Below, one piece after another: positions 1-7,613 of a DNA stretch of 20,000 bases; position 1 is the first letter of the stretch, and every line of letters begins with the position of its first letter. This DNA is from an uncultured virus (IMG/VR IMGVR_UViG_3300050821_004861). Lineage: Duplodnaviria > Heunggongvirae > Uroviricota > Caudoviricetes. The stretch lies in IMG/VR virus record IMGVR_UViG_3300050821_004861; one strand, given 5' to 3'. The notes beneath the pieces were generated by a model. That model was not told where the DNA came from. It worked only from the letters and a program-made list of their open reading frames with translations, and ran no database searches. The position numbers and the translations under genes were made by a program.

Positions 1-1
1 T

Positions 2-223
2 ATAAATGTTGCCGCAGCAGGAACTGGTATAGGAATTTATGCTGTTGGTACAGGTATGGTAAATGTTGCAGCAGGAACTGGTATGGCAAATGTTGCAGCA
101 GTAACTAGTATGGTAAATGTTGCAGCAGGAACTGGTATAACAATGGCAAATGCAGGTTCTGGTAGCCCGCATAATAATATGCCACCATATATAGCGATCC
201 CTATCATCATGAGGTATCAATGA
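2..223 (+). CDS. C-terminal part of tail fibre / tail-collar protein (5' truncated by window)
   Basis: Frame 2 is open from the window start to TGA at 221-223 and reads ...NVAAGTGM repeats...GSGSPHNNMPPYIAIPIIMRYQ*. The HNNMPPY...II ending is typical of tail-collar/short-fibre proteins. Confidence 0.75.
   Translation: MNVAAAGTGIGIYAVGTGMVNVAAGTGMANVAAVTSMVNVAAGTGITMANAGSGSPHNNMPPYIAIPIIMRYQ
61..141 (+). repeat. In-frame 27-bp tandem repeat (3 copies, plus a degenerate copy at ~4-30) encoding NVAAGTGMx
   Basis: aaatgttgcagcaggaactggtatggc (61-87), aaatgttgcagcagtaactagtatggt (88-114), aaatgttgcagcaggaactggtataac (115-141). Confidence 0.9.
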
Positions 224-492
224 TGGCAAAGGTTATATTACCAGAAAAGCCAGTTTTTAATTATACATATAGAATAGATGGAAGAGGAATCATTGTCCGT
301 AATGAGGACAATGCATTGATTCCTAAAGATCCAAAAAATGTTGCATATCAAATATATCTTGATTGGTATGCAGAAGGCAATAGGCCAATAATTGAAGATC
401 CAATTGTGGAAGATGATATGATTCGTCCATTTGGAGTAAACCTAGAAAGAATAGAAAGAGGACTAAAAGATGAATATGCCCCTAAGAAATGA
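220..492 (+). CDS. Small phage protein commonly found next to tail fibres (possible fibre assembly chaperone)
   Basis: Motif IPKDPKNVAYQIYLDWYAEGNRP. ATGA overlap with the fibre gene stop. Confidence 0.6.
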   Translation: MMAKVILPEKPVFNYTYRIDGRGIIVRNEDNALIPKDPKNVAYQIYLDWYAEGNRPIIEDPIVEDDMIRPFGVNLERIERGLKDEYAPKK

Positions 493-679
493 ACCTGTAA
501 TGGTTCCTGATATTCTCCTCACAGGAGAAGCTGTGAGCAACATTCTAATGGCACTTAATAATGCCATTGTATTCGTAAAGGCACAAGATGGATCAATGCG
601 TCCGTTTGTTGATCCTCAACCTATCAACAATGTTATACAAGCAGCAATTCAAACTGCTCTAAAGCCACCTGGAGGTTAA
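470..679 (+). CDS. Hypothetical phage protein
   Basis: ORF with an upstream GAGG RBS, tightly packed with its neighbours. Confidence 0.6.
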   Translation: MNMPLRNEPVMVPDILLTGEAVSNILMALNNAIVFVKAQDGSMRPFVDPQPINNVIQAAIQTALKPPGG

Positions 680-680
680 T

Positions 681-857
681 ATGTCAATAGGCACACTCCT
701 AGTCATTATCCTAATTATAATATTGATAGGAGGTGTAGGTGGTCCTTGGATAGGAAGACCTCAATATTACGGCTATGGCTATGGACATAGCGGCATTGGG
801 ATAGTAGGCGTTATTCTAATCATAGTGCTTATTCTGGCATTAACTGGGCGCTTCTAA
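681..857 (+). CDS. DUF3309-like small membrane protein (58 aa)
   Basis: Not in the ORF track. GGAGG RBS; translates MSIGTLLVIILIIILIGGVGGPWIGRPQYYGYGYGHSGIGIVGVILIIVLILALTGRF*, i.e. two hydrophobic helices around a Gly/Tyr loop with a GRx end as in DUF3309. Confidence 0.75.
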   Translation: MSIGTLLVIILIIILIGGVGGPWIGRPQYYGYGYGHSGIGIVGVILIIVLILALTGRF

Positions 858-1030
858 TGGATAATACCCTCACATGGTTCATTGTTGTGATGCTACACGG
901 AGCCAACTGTCCCGGTAAATGTGAGCCTACGCCTGCTGTTACTATTCAAATGCCATCCCAAGAAATCTGTGTGCAGGTCAAAATTATCAATTCTGATCTC
1001 CCACTAGAATGTTGGGCCAAATCTAAATGA
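857..1030 (+). CDS. Small Cys-containing, probably exported protein (57 aa)
   Basis: TAATG overlap with the upstream gene. MDNTLTWFIVVMLHGANCPGKCEPTPAVTIQMPSQEICVQVKIINSDLPLECWAKSK*: hydrophobic N-terminus and 4 Cys. Confidence 0.6.
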   Translation: MDNTLTWFIVVMLHGANCPGKCEPTPAVTIQMPSQEICVQVKIINSDLPLECWAKSK

Positions 1031-1218
1031 AGGCAACTGCTATGTCAATAGGTCTCTTGTTTTGGATCATCATGATCATAGGTTTCATCTTTTATGGATT
1101 TGTAACCTGGAGACCCATTGCTGGCAATCCCTATTTTAATGCAGCGCCAAATTATATTATTTGGATACTACTGTTTCTACTAGGCTGGGGCGTGTTCGGT
1201 CCTCCAATCCACGGGTGA
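1027..1218 (+). CDS. Small two-TM membrane protein, holin candidate (alternative start 1042)
   Basis: Two hydrophobic helices; lies directly upstream of the endolysin. Confidence 0.6.
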   Translation: MKATAMSIGLLFWIIMIIGFIFYGFVTWRPIAGNPYFNAAPNYIIWILLFLLGWGVFGPPIHG

Positions 1219-1222
1219 GCAA

Positions 1223-1669
1223 ATGACTAATTTAACACCCAACTTCACTGTAGAAGAATTCACGACAAGTGAGACTGCTGCGCGCAAGGGCATTAACAAT
1301 GTCCCACATCATAATAGTCAAGAACATAAAAATATGATACGTACTGCTGAACTTATGGAGAAGGTGCGCTCCATTCTTGGTGACAAACCAATTTTGATTA
1401 GTTCTGGTTATCGTAGTCCATCAGTTAACGCTGCTGTTGGTGGCAGTAAAAATAGTGCTCATATGAGTGCTTTAGCAGTCGATTTCATCTGCCCTAGTTT
1501 TGGAACACCTCTTGCCATCTGCAAAACGCTAGAATTGTATATGAAGGATCTTGGTATCGACCAGTTAATACATGAATATGGTACATGGGTACATTTGGGT
1601 CTACGCGATCCACCACGTCACCAAACTTTAACTATTGATAACAAAGGTACGCGTAACGGATTCACCTGA
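1223..1669 (+). CDS. Endolysin, peptidase M15A (D-Ala-D-Ala carboxypeptidase-like Zn metallopeptidase)
   Basis: SSGYRS...N..VGG...SAH...AVDF and E...WVH Zn-binding motifs; N-terminal LTPNFTVEEF. Confidence 0.9.
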   Translation: MTNLTPNFTVEEFTTSETAARKGINNVPHHNSQEHKNMIRTAELMEKVRSILGDKPILISSGYRSPSVNAAVGGSKNSAHMSALAVDFICPSFGTPLAICKTLELYMKDLGIDQLIHEYGTWVHLGLRDPPRHQTLTIDNKGTRNGFT

Positions 1670-1679
1670 GGAGGGGTAA

Positions 1680-1985
1680 TTGGGAATTACTGAAGAGGCT
1701 GGGAAAGTTGGAGTGTCTGCCGTCACAGCTATGGCAAGCACTCCTTTGGCAATTGCCTTGTTAATTGTCAATGTAGGTTTTTTGGGTTTTGCAGGATATG
1801 TTTTGGGCGAAGTTGCAGCCAACGCATCTGAGCGCAACAAAACTCAAATGGATCTAATCGCACAATTAGTTGGCGATATTAGAGATTGTCGGCAAGGACC
1901 AAAACCTACAACTTGGCATAGTCCTAGTAGTGTTGTGGAACAACCTATAGATTATTTACCAAGTCCTTTGGATATGACAAAATGA
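1680..1985 (+). CDS. Membrane protein with TM helix plus short coiled coil (lysis accessory / spanin-like?)
   Basis: TTG start after a GAGGAGGGG RBS; one long TM segment followed by an amphipathic helix; directly after the endolysin. Confidence 0.55.
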   Translation: MGITEEAGKVGVSAVTAMASTPLAIALLIVNVGFLGFAGYVLGEVAANASERNKTQMDLIAQLVGDIRDCRQGPKPTTWHSPSSVVEQPIDYLPSPLDMTK

Positions 1986-2542
1986 ACGAACATTTATCAG
2001 ATTATATAATGATCACAGAACCTCTAATGACAAAGAATGTTTTGGATGAAATTTTATCCGACTTAAATGAAGTTGAGTGGCGCGTCCCAGATGCGATGTA
2101 TGGTTATGATCGTACTTGTACGACATTCCCAGTATCATCAGCTGTTATAGGAAATTATCCAATACCAGCAGGTAAATTAGATAATGTCAAAAAAATTGAC
2201 AATACATTATTGAGGGTAGTACATAAGGCATTACGAATTTATCAAGGAAGGTTTCCTGATATTCATACTCATTCTGATTCTGGTTTTGATATACTACGTT
2301 ATGATATTGGGCAGTATGTTGGTTCTCACATAGATGATCATGCTCCTAGAGTATTATCCATGTCAATCGGTCTTAATGATGACTATACAGGAGGAGAGTT
2401 TAGATTTTGGAGAAATGATGATCATATCATCAAAGTACCGTCTGGCTGTGCCATAATGTTCCCGCCAAACTTCATGTATCCGCATGAAGTTTTACCAATA
2501 AAATCTGGTGTTCGATATTCAATGCTTACTTGGTTTGTATAA
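1982..2542 (+). CDS. 2OG-Fe(II) oxygenase (prolyl-4-hydroxylase-like)
   Basis: HxD (HID), LNDDYTGGEF, distal H (YPHEV) and RYS motif. Confidence 0.9.
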   Translation: MNEHLSDYIMITEPLMTKNVLDEILSDLNEVEWRVPDAMYGYDRTCTTFPVSSAVIGNYPIPAGKLDNVKKIDNTLLRVVHKALRIYQGRFPDIHTHSDSGFDILRYDIGQYVGSHIDDHAPRVLSMSIGLNDDYTGGEFRFWRNDDHIIKVPSGCAIMFPPNFMYPHEVLPIKSGVRYSMLTWFV

Positions 2543-2560
2543 CCATATAATAGAGGCGTA

Positions 2561-2812
2561 ATGAGTGACGAAGATAAACGTACAATTGCGATCGTTACCA
2601 TTATTGCCGTAGTTGGCGTATTTGGTTTATTATATATGTTATTGGGAATAGGGTTTTATGCTGAATATGAATGTGTTCAATTTTATATTATGAAACAAGA
2701 TAAAATACCACCAGTTTGTTCTAGTGGAGATTTTAGTAAAACATTGCTGGAATTTGCAGGTCTTATGATTGGCGTATTAGCAGCCATTAAAGTCTTTATG
2801 GGAAATATGTAG
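2561..2812 (+). CDS. Small two-TM membrane protein
   Basis: GAGG RBS; two hydrophobic segments flanking a loop with two Cys. Confidence 0.65.
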   Translation: MSDEDKRTIAIVTIIAVVGVFGLLYMLLGIGFYAEYECVQFYIMKQDKIPPVCSSGDFSKTLLEFAGLMIGVLAAIKVFMGNM

Positions 2813-2839
2813 AAGGGGGCTTTTGGCCCCCTTCCTTTT
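2812..2839. terminator. Intrinsic terminator between convergent genes
   Basis: Stem gaagggggc / gcccccttc with a ttttg loop, followed by ctttt on +. Confidence 0.85.
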
Positions 2840-2848
2840 AGTGGCGCC

Positions 2849-3583
2849 TCAGAACGCTACGTTGAGACGATCCTTGCGCGAACGCTTGATACCAAAGAAC
2901 GCCATAAGACCGAAGCCGAGTCCAAGCATTGCCCAAGTCGAGGGCTCAGGAATCGCCGCAGTCTCCATGCTCTCGTTGAACCCCGTGATGGAGGCGCCAC
3001 CACGAAGACCAAGAGTAGCCGCTTCCGTCATGCTAAACGCACCATCCGCCGAGAATGGCGAAAGGTTCGTACCAGCGAACGAGAACGGGTTGGTAGTCGG
3101 CGAGCCGCTGTCCTGAAACAGCGTCGTGCCAGGCGTGCTGAGTCCGATTCCAGCCGGTTGGCCGTTGGCAGAATCAGCAAAGAAGCCAAGCGTCGAAGGC
3201 CCTGACCCAAGTGCATCGTTGAAGGTCAATGACGCGCTCTCGCGGATGCCATTAACTGGGCCGACGAAGTTGGTATCGCCAACCACGATTCTCAGCGCAC
3301 CCGTGCTTGGACCGCTGTTCGAGATCAGCGAAGTTGAGAACTGGAGATTGTCCTCACCCGCGCCGCTAACGCTTGCTGCCACAGTACCGATAATGTGGAA
3401 CGCACCGACCGTGGTGTTCAAGATGATGATGTTGTTCGACGGGCCAGCAAGATCGCAGGCCTGACCATCAGCACAAGTAACCACAGTCGAGCCGTCACTG
3501 AAGGCGATTTGCAACGTCGCCTGGGCGGGTTGCGCCCCAAAGAGAGCGGCGGCTGCCACCCCCATAAGCAGATACTTATTCAT
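2849..3583 (-). CDS. PEP-CTERM (PEPxxWA-CTERM) sorting-domain surface protein
   Basis: Sec signal peptide ending AQA; Ser/Thr/Gly-rich body; C-terminal IPEPSTWAM, TM helix and basic KRSRK tail; AAGGAG RBS. Confidence 0.93.
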   Translation of the reverse strand: MNKYLLMGVAAAALFGAQPAQATLQIAFSDGSTVVTCADGQACDLAGPSNNIIILNTTVGAFHIIGTVAASVSGAGEDNLQFSTSLISNSGPSTGALRIVVGDTNFVGPVNGIRESASLTFNDALGSGPSTLGFFADSANGQPAGIGLSTPGTTLFQDSGSPTTNPFSFAGTNLSPFSADGAFSMTEAATLGLRGGASITGFNESMETAAIPEPSTWAMLGLGFGLMAFFGIKRSRKDRLNVAF

Positions 3584-3684
3584 TCAGTTCTCCTTAGTTT
3601 CCAGATCTGGACGCAGGAACGCTACGCATAGCTGGAGAGCACATACTCACCCTCCATCTATTCAGGAAACATTACGGAATGTTA

Positions 3685-3713
3685 ATCTTAGCACCGCAAT
3701 GCAACAAAAGCAA
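3685..3713 (-). promoter_or_regulatory. Sigma70-type promoter for the PEP-CTERM gene
   Basis: Minus strand TTGCTT-17 nt-TAAGAT with TGC before the -10; same pattern as three other promoters in the window. Confidence 0.7.
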
Positions 3714-3924
3714 GACAGTTTATGTACTAATTTAATATGTGAAAATCATTCGCCTTTGTAAAACATTATGAACAATCCACGTATGATAAAATATGAACCC
3801 GGTAAAAACAAGACTAACCATCCAATTTGGCTTCCTGTTAAATTCCATAACAAAATTGACAATAGGAGAATAAATATTCCAAGAAAGATTGCGCTGACAC
3901 TTTTTCTCATCTTAGTGGCGCCAC

Positions 3925-4224
3925 ATGCAGGATTGTCTCACAGCACGTCTTACAATCAGACGTCTTTCTAATAGAGAAACTGAGTGTCTCGCCTGGGCAG
4001 CTCAAGGTAAAACCTATTCAGAAATTGCCTTATTGACAGGCACATCATTTGGGACAGTTAAAACGAATCTTGATTCGGCACGTTTTAAACTGTGTGCAGT
4101 CAACGTAACTCATGCTGTAGCTTTAGCCATTACTTACGGTAAGCTTTTTATGACTGAAGATGCTATAGAAACTCGTCAAAGAAATGCTGAACGGTATTAT
4201 GGCGAAATGGGTACTGTTAGGTAG
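3925..4224 (+). CDS. Solo LuxR-family C-terminal HTH regulator (no autoinducer-binding domain)
   Basis: LSNRETECLAWAAQGKTYSEIALLTGTSFGTVKTNLDSARFKL...AVALAI matches the LuxR/GerE HTH. Confidence 0.9.
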   Translation: MQDCLTARLTIRRLSNRETECLAWAAQGKTYSEIALLTGTSFGTVKTNLDSARFKLCAVNVTHAVALAITYGKLFMTEDAIETRQRNAERYYGEMGTVR

Positions 4225-4483
4225 TTTTGGCTTTCTCCCTATTTCTTTGGTTAGTATTTGCAGATCGACATTTTGGTGAACAAAACTTTTGTCTCTCTTG
4301 ATACCAATGATATGTTTTACCGCACCAATTACATTTTCTTTCTCTTTTGGCAGATTTTAATTTTCCGAAATTATCACCATGTATCTGTGATTGAGAATCG
4401 CAAACTGGAGAGCAATAACCACCTAAAAGGTTATGTGAATATATGCCACAATATTGGCATTTTCCAGTATCCAACCCTGCCAT
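4217..4483 (-). CDS. Cys-rich zinc-finger-like hypothetical protein
   Basis: Two CxxC...(Y/F)CSxxC units; AAGGTG RBS. Confidence 0.65.
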   Translation of the reverse strand: MAGLDTGKCQYCGIYSHNLLGGYCSPVCDSQSQIHGDNFGKLKSAKRERKCNWCGKTYHWYQERQKFCSPKCRSANTNQRNREKAKTT

Positions 4484-4635
4484 ATATCACCTTCTATTTT
4501 GTGGTTTTCAGAAAAAACCTAATCGTTTCTAGGGGGTTATGCACATAGCCGGCACAAACGATTAGGCCGCCCTTGCCCCGCGCTAGGCCGCCTAAAACGG
4601 GTCCCAGAGCCGACCACCCTCCGATCCGCGGCACC

Positions 4636-4899
4636 CTAGCCCTCCCCTCTTGGTTTTCGCCAAAAGTACGCTGGCTTAGAAACTGACTTAAAGATTTCCC
4701 ATTCTTCTTCATTCTCATCGCTCTTAGCGATAAGCTGATTGATAGTGTGAAGAACTGACTGACGCGCATTTCTGGGCGCTTCCCCAGGCGCGTAAACTCT
4801 GCCCATAATTTCGAGCGTGTTGATGTGACTTCCATCTACAGGAATGGATTCTAAAATTCTCTGCTCTAACGGAGAATATCTGACTTTTACTTTCATCAT
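4636..4899 (-). CDS. Small putative winged-helix DNA-binding protein
   Basis: AAGGA RBS; pattern SPLEQRILES...HINTLEIMGRVY...QSVLHTINQL suggests a wHTH. Confidence 0.55.
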   Translation of the reverse strand: MMKVKVRYSPLEQRILESIPVDGSHINTLEIMGRVYAPGEAPRNARQSVLHTINQLIAKSDENEEEWEIFKSVSKPAYFWRKPRGEG

Positions 4900-4919
4900 A
4901 TCCTTATACCTGATAGAGA

Positions 4920-4943
4920 AAGGGCGCTCCTAAGAGCGCCCTT
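4920..4943 (-). terminator. Intrinsic terminator downstream of the 4950-5771 gene
   Basis: aagggcgctc-ctaa-gagcgccctt perfect 10-bp stem, followed by TCTCT on -. Confidence 0.85.
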
Positions 4944-4949
4944 GTTTGG

Positions 4950-5771
4950 TTACTCAGCAGCGATGTCCTCTTCACCACCGCCTTGGTACTCGATCTTGAC
5001 AGGAACAAAGTTGAAGACAGTATCTTCACCCTTGCTCTTGACGGTAATCCGCCAAGGCTGCTCGTGTTTGGAGAGCAGATAGTTGTCGAAGTTGGCAGCC
5101 GAAACTACCTTCTTGTTGTCAAGATCGGTTTCGTCTGGATCGGTGCCGAGCTTTTCCACAATCGCTGAGGCTGCGATTGGACCATTGCTGTCGATGATAA
5201 GGGCCGCGACCTTGGCGCGACGGCTAACTGCGGTCGTACCAATTTCGTTGAGAATTTCAGCTGCGTGCGTAGTGCAGCCGAGCGCTTCAACGATCTTATC
5301 AACTTTGTTGACATCTGCTTTCTTCGCCTTGGGTTCGCCGGTTTCCGTGGTTGCCTTACGACCGCGAGTGGGAAGAACGAAAGTTCCCGCCCTGATTGCT
5401 TCAAGCTTGGCTTGCGCATCATCAGCGATCTTCTTGATCTTCTCCTCATCTGACAGCTTCGGAGACTTGGGCTTCTTCTCTTTGACGGTTTCTTGGAGCC
5501 GCGTCTCATCCGCGGTCTTGAGGACTTCTACGTGGGAAGGTGGCGTCCCGTCCTTCTTGATGGGCTTACCGCTTTCGCCGCCAGCGAACTCCCAAATCCG
5601 AACAAGAGCCTTTTCTTGGTTTTCGTCGTTGACGTCAATTTCGCCAATAACGGCATTTCCTACCGCCTTGGAAAGAGCCTTGGCGTCGATCTTGGCTCCC
5701 TTTTCCGTATAGTGTTCGTGCGCCACAGTTTTGTCAGCAACTGTGTAGCGTACCTGAAAAATTTTGCTCAT
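4950..5771 (-). CDS. Lys/Glu/Ala-rich hypothetical protein (273 aa), possible DNA-binding protein with C-terminal wHTH-like region
   Basis: Start moved to ATG 5771 (AAGGAG RBS, downstream of the promoter). GC-richer codon usage; has its own promoter and terminator. Confidence 0.75.
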   Translation of the reverse strand: MSKIFQVRYTVADKTVAHEHYTEKGAKIDAKALSKAVGNAVIGEIDVNDENQEKALVRIWEFAGGESGKPIKKDGTPPSHVEVLKTADETRLQETVKEKKPKSPKLSDEEKIKKIADDAQAKLEAIRAGTFVLPTRGRKATTETGEPKAKKADVNKVDKIVEALGCTTHAAEILNEIGTTAVSRRAKVAALIIDSNGPIAASAIVEKLGTDPDETDLDNKKVVSAANFDNYLLSKHEQPWRITVKSKGEDTVFNFVPVKIEYQGGGEEDIAAE

Positions 5772-5814
5772 TATGCTCTCCTTGAGGATTGGGACCTTCC
5801 CGCACCTGGGAGAG

Positions 5815-5843
5815 AATATAGCACATTGCGACGAAAAGCGCAA
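5815..5843 (-). promoter_or_regulatory. Sigma70-type promoter
   Basis: Minus strand TTGCGC-17 nt-TATATT with TGC before the -10. Confidence 0.75.
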
Positions 5844-5885
5844 GCGAAAATTTGCTTTTTAATATACTTGATCATAGTGTAGTTA

Positions 5886-7613
5886 TCAATCCTCGATAAG
5901 TTGTCTAATGTCATCTAATGCAAATTGCGCTAAATCTTTCTTGGCTTTTAAATTATCAGCAATTCCTTTATCCACAGTCTTATCCGCAACTATATCCCAA
6001 ATAGTCAATGCCCCTCTCATACCCATCCTATGTACTCGATCTTCTGATTGAAGTCTATGAATTAAATTATACGAGTTATTATAGTATATCATATTCTGGC
6101 AACCTGATTCTTGCAGATTGCCTCCAATACCTTTGGCTTGATTGGATAACAAGATCTTTTTCTTACCAGATTTAAATTGATCTGATTGCTCCATCAACAC
6201 TATATCGTCACCATAATCTTTATGGAATGTATGTCTAATGCATTTGATATCTGGGATGAAACGCGCCCAAATAATAACTTGTCCCTCAATTTGTTGTACC
6301 ATATCTAGTGCGATTTTGGCACGTTCGTAAGAGAAGATTTCATACACTCTCTTACTTGCAGTCTCATTCTCATCATCGTCGGGTAAGAATCCAGAGCAGA
6401 TCTGCTGGAGGCGCACCATTGCGGCCAAAGCATTCTTGGGCGCGACTACATTTCCTGACTTCAATTCTGTCATAAACGCGTGTTTGATATTCTCGTAATG
6501 CCAACGAGTTTCATTACCTAGCATGTATACACGTTTGGCATAAATCTTATCAGGTAAATCGAGACATTCTTTCTTGGTTTTTCTAAAGCTATGTGGCGCA
6601 ATGATACTATAGAACTCTTCAACATTCTTGCTGCCAACAACTTCTTGACCTGTATATCCACCAAGTTCGCAGAAGTGCGCTTTAAATGGAGTAACATAGT
6701 TATATCCAATAATCTTAGGATCAAGAAACATAAATTGACACCAAATATTAAGTAAGCTAGTGGCAATAGGAGTGCCTGTCAATATCCTGCGATACTCAAC
6801 TAGTCTTCCAAAATCTATTGTCTCTTGAGTTCTACCAGAAGTATAATTGCCTATCTGATGAGATTCGTCAATAATCATCATCAACTTAGATTTTTGGGTA
6901 ATATTCTCATATACTCTTGCGCCTTTTTTGGTATACCTTATATCAAATTTAGCTCCAAATAAACGCATGAATTGCGTTATTGCAAACCATCCATCTTTAG
7001 TATTAACTGAATCTATATTTAAGGCAAAGATATTGAGCTTGCCAGGTTGCTTTAATTCTGAAGACTCATAAGAATTTCCAGCATGCCATAATGTCATATT
7101 TAAAGGGATAGATGGATCTATATGTTTTGGAATTTCCTCTATTATCCATTGCTTGTGTACGCCTTTGGGTGCTAAAACTATAGCAGCTTCAATTTTCTTT
7201 TCCATAAATAGAATACAAAAATTGGCAATAGCCATTGCCGTCTTGCCTAATCCCATCTCTAAGAACCAAGCAAATGCTTTGCGATACGTACTGAGATTAA
7301 GACCTTCTATTTGATGATCTTTAAGCTCGAACTTAGGATGATAATTAAATTTGATAGGTTTAATATCATCCATCATTTCCTTAATTTCTTGAATCTCATC
7401 TAACTGCTTTATCTCAGCAGCAGCATCTTCCCATTCTATTTCAAATCCGCTTTCTCTCAAAACCTTAACATTCCAATTAGACATATCGTATCTAATGGAT
7501 TTAGATGAATAACGTATTTTTGGTCCATTTAGGCGTGACAATATCTTAAGGAACTCAAGCGGAAATGGTCCGTGAATCATTAGATAGTTTGATTCTGTAA
7601 TGACTCTTATCAT
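5886..7613 (-). CDS. SNF2-family (SF2) DNA helicase
   Basis: EMGLGKT (Walker A), IIDESH, LTGTP, QSEDRVHRMG (motif VI). Confidence 0.93.
   Translation of the reverse strand: MIRVITESNYLMIHGPFPLEFLKILSRLNGPKIRYSSKSIRYDMSNWNVKVLRESGFEIEWEDAAAEIKQLDEIQEIKEMMDDIKPIKFNYHPKFELKDHQIEGLNLSTYRKAFAWFLEMGLGKTAMAIANFCILFMEKKIEAAIVLAPKGVHKQWIIEEIPKHIDPSIPLNMTLWHAGNSYESSELKQPGKLNIFALNIDSVNTKDGWFAITQFMRLFGAKFDIRYTKKGARVYENITQKSKLMMIIDESHQIGNYTSGRTQETIDFGRLVEYRRILTGTPIATSLLNIWCQFMFLDPKIIGYNYVTPFKAHFCELGGYTGQEVVGSKNVEEFYSIIAPHSFRKTKKECLDLPDKIYAKRVYMLGNETRWHYENIKHAFMTELKSGNVVAPKNALAAMVRLQQICSGFLPDDDENETASKRVYEIFSYERAKIALDMVQQIEGQVIIWARFIPDIKCIRHTFHKDYGDDIVLMEQSDQFKSGKKKILLSNQAKGIGGNLQESGCQNMIYYNNSYNLIHRLQSEDRVHRMGMRGALTIWDIVADKTVDKGIADNLKAKKDLAQFALDDIRQLIED

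Noticed and set aside
61..141. Possible CRISPR-like array
   Set aside because: The units are contiguous, have no spacers and lie in frame within a coding gene.
1982..2542. 2OG-Fe(II) oxygenase as a TET/JBP-type DNA-modifying enzyme
   Set aside because: It looks like the common P4H-like phage family and lies in the late/lysis region, away from the nucleotide cluster.
3597..3670. Hammerhead ribozyme (CUGA and GAAAC are present)
   Set aside because: The core reads CUGAAUA rather than CUGANGA and the stem arrangement does not fit.
3740..3754. Fur-box-like sequence TGAAAATCATTCGCC
   Set aside because: Only a partial match in AT-rich DNA, single occurrence.
2823..5882. Long overlapping ORFs (2823-3116, 3126-3464, 5083-5712, 5105-5509, 5493-5882 and others)
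   Set aside because: Shadow frames of GC-richer real genes, with no RBS or motifs.
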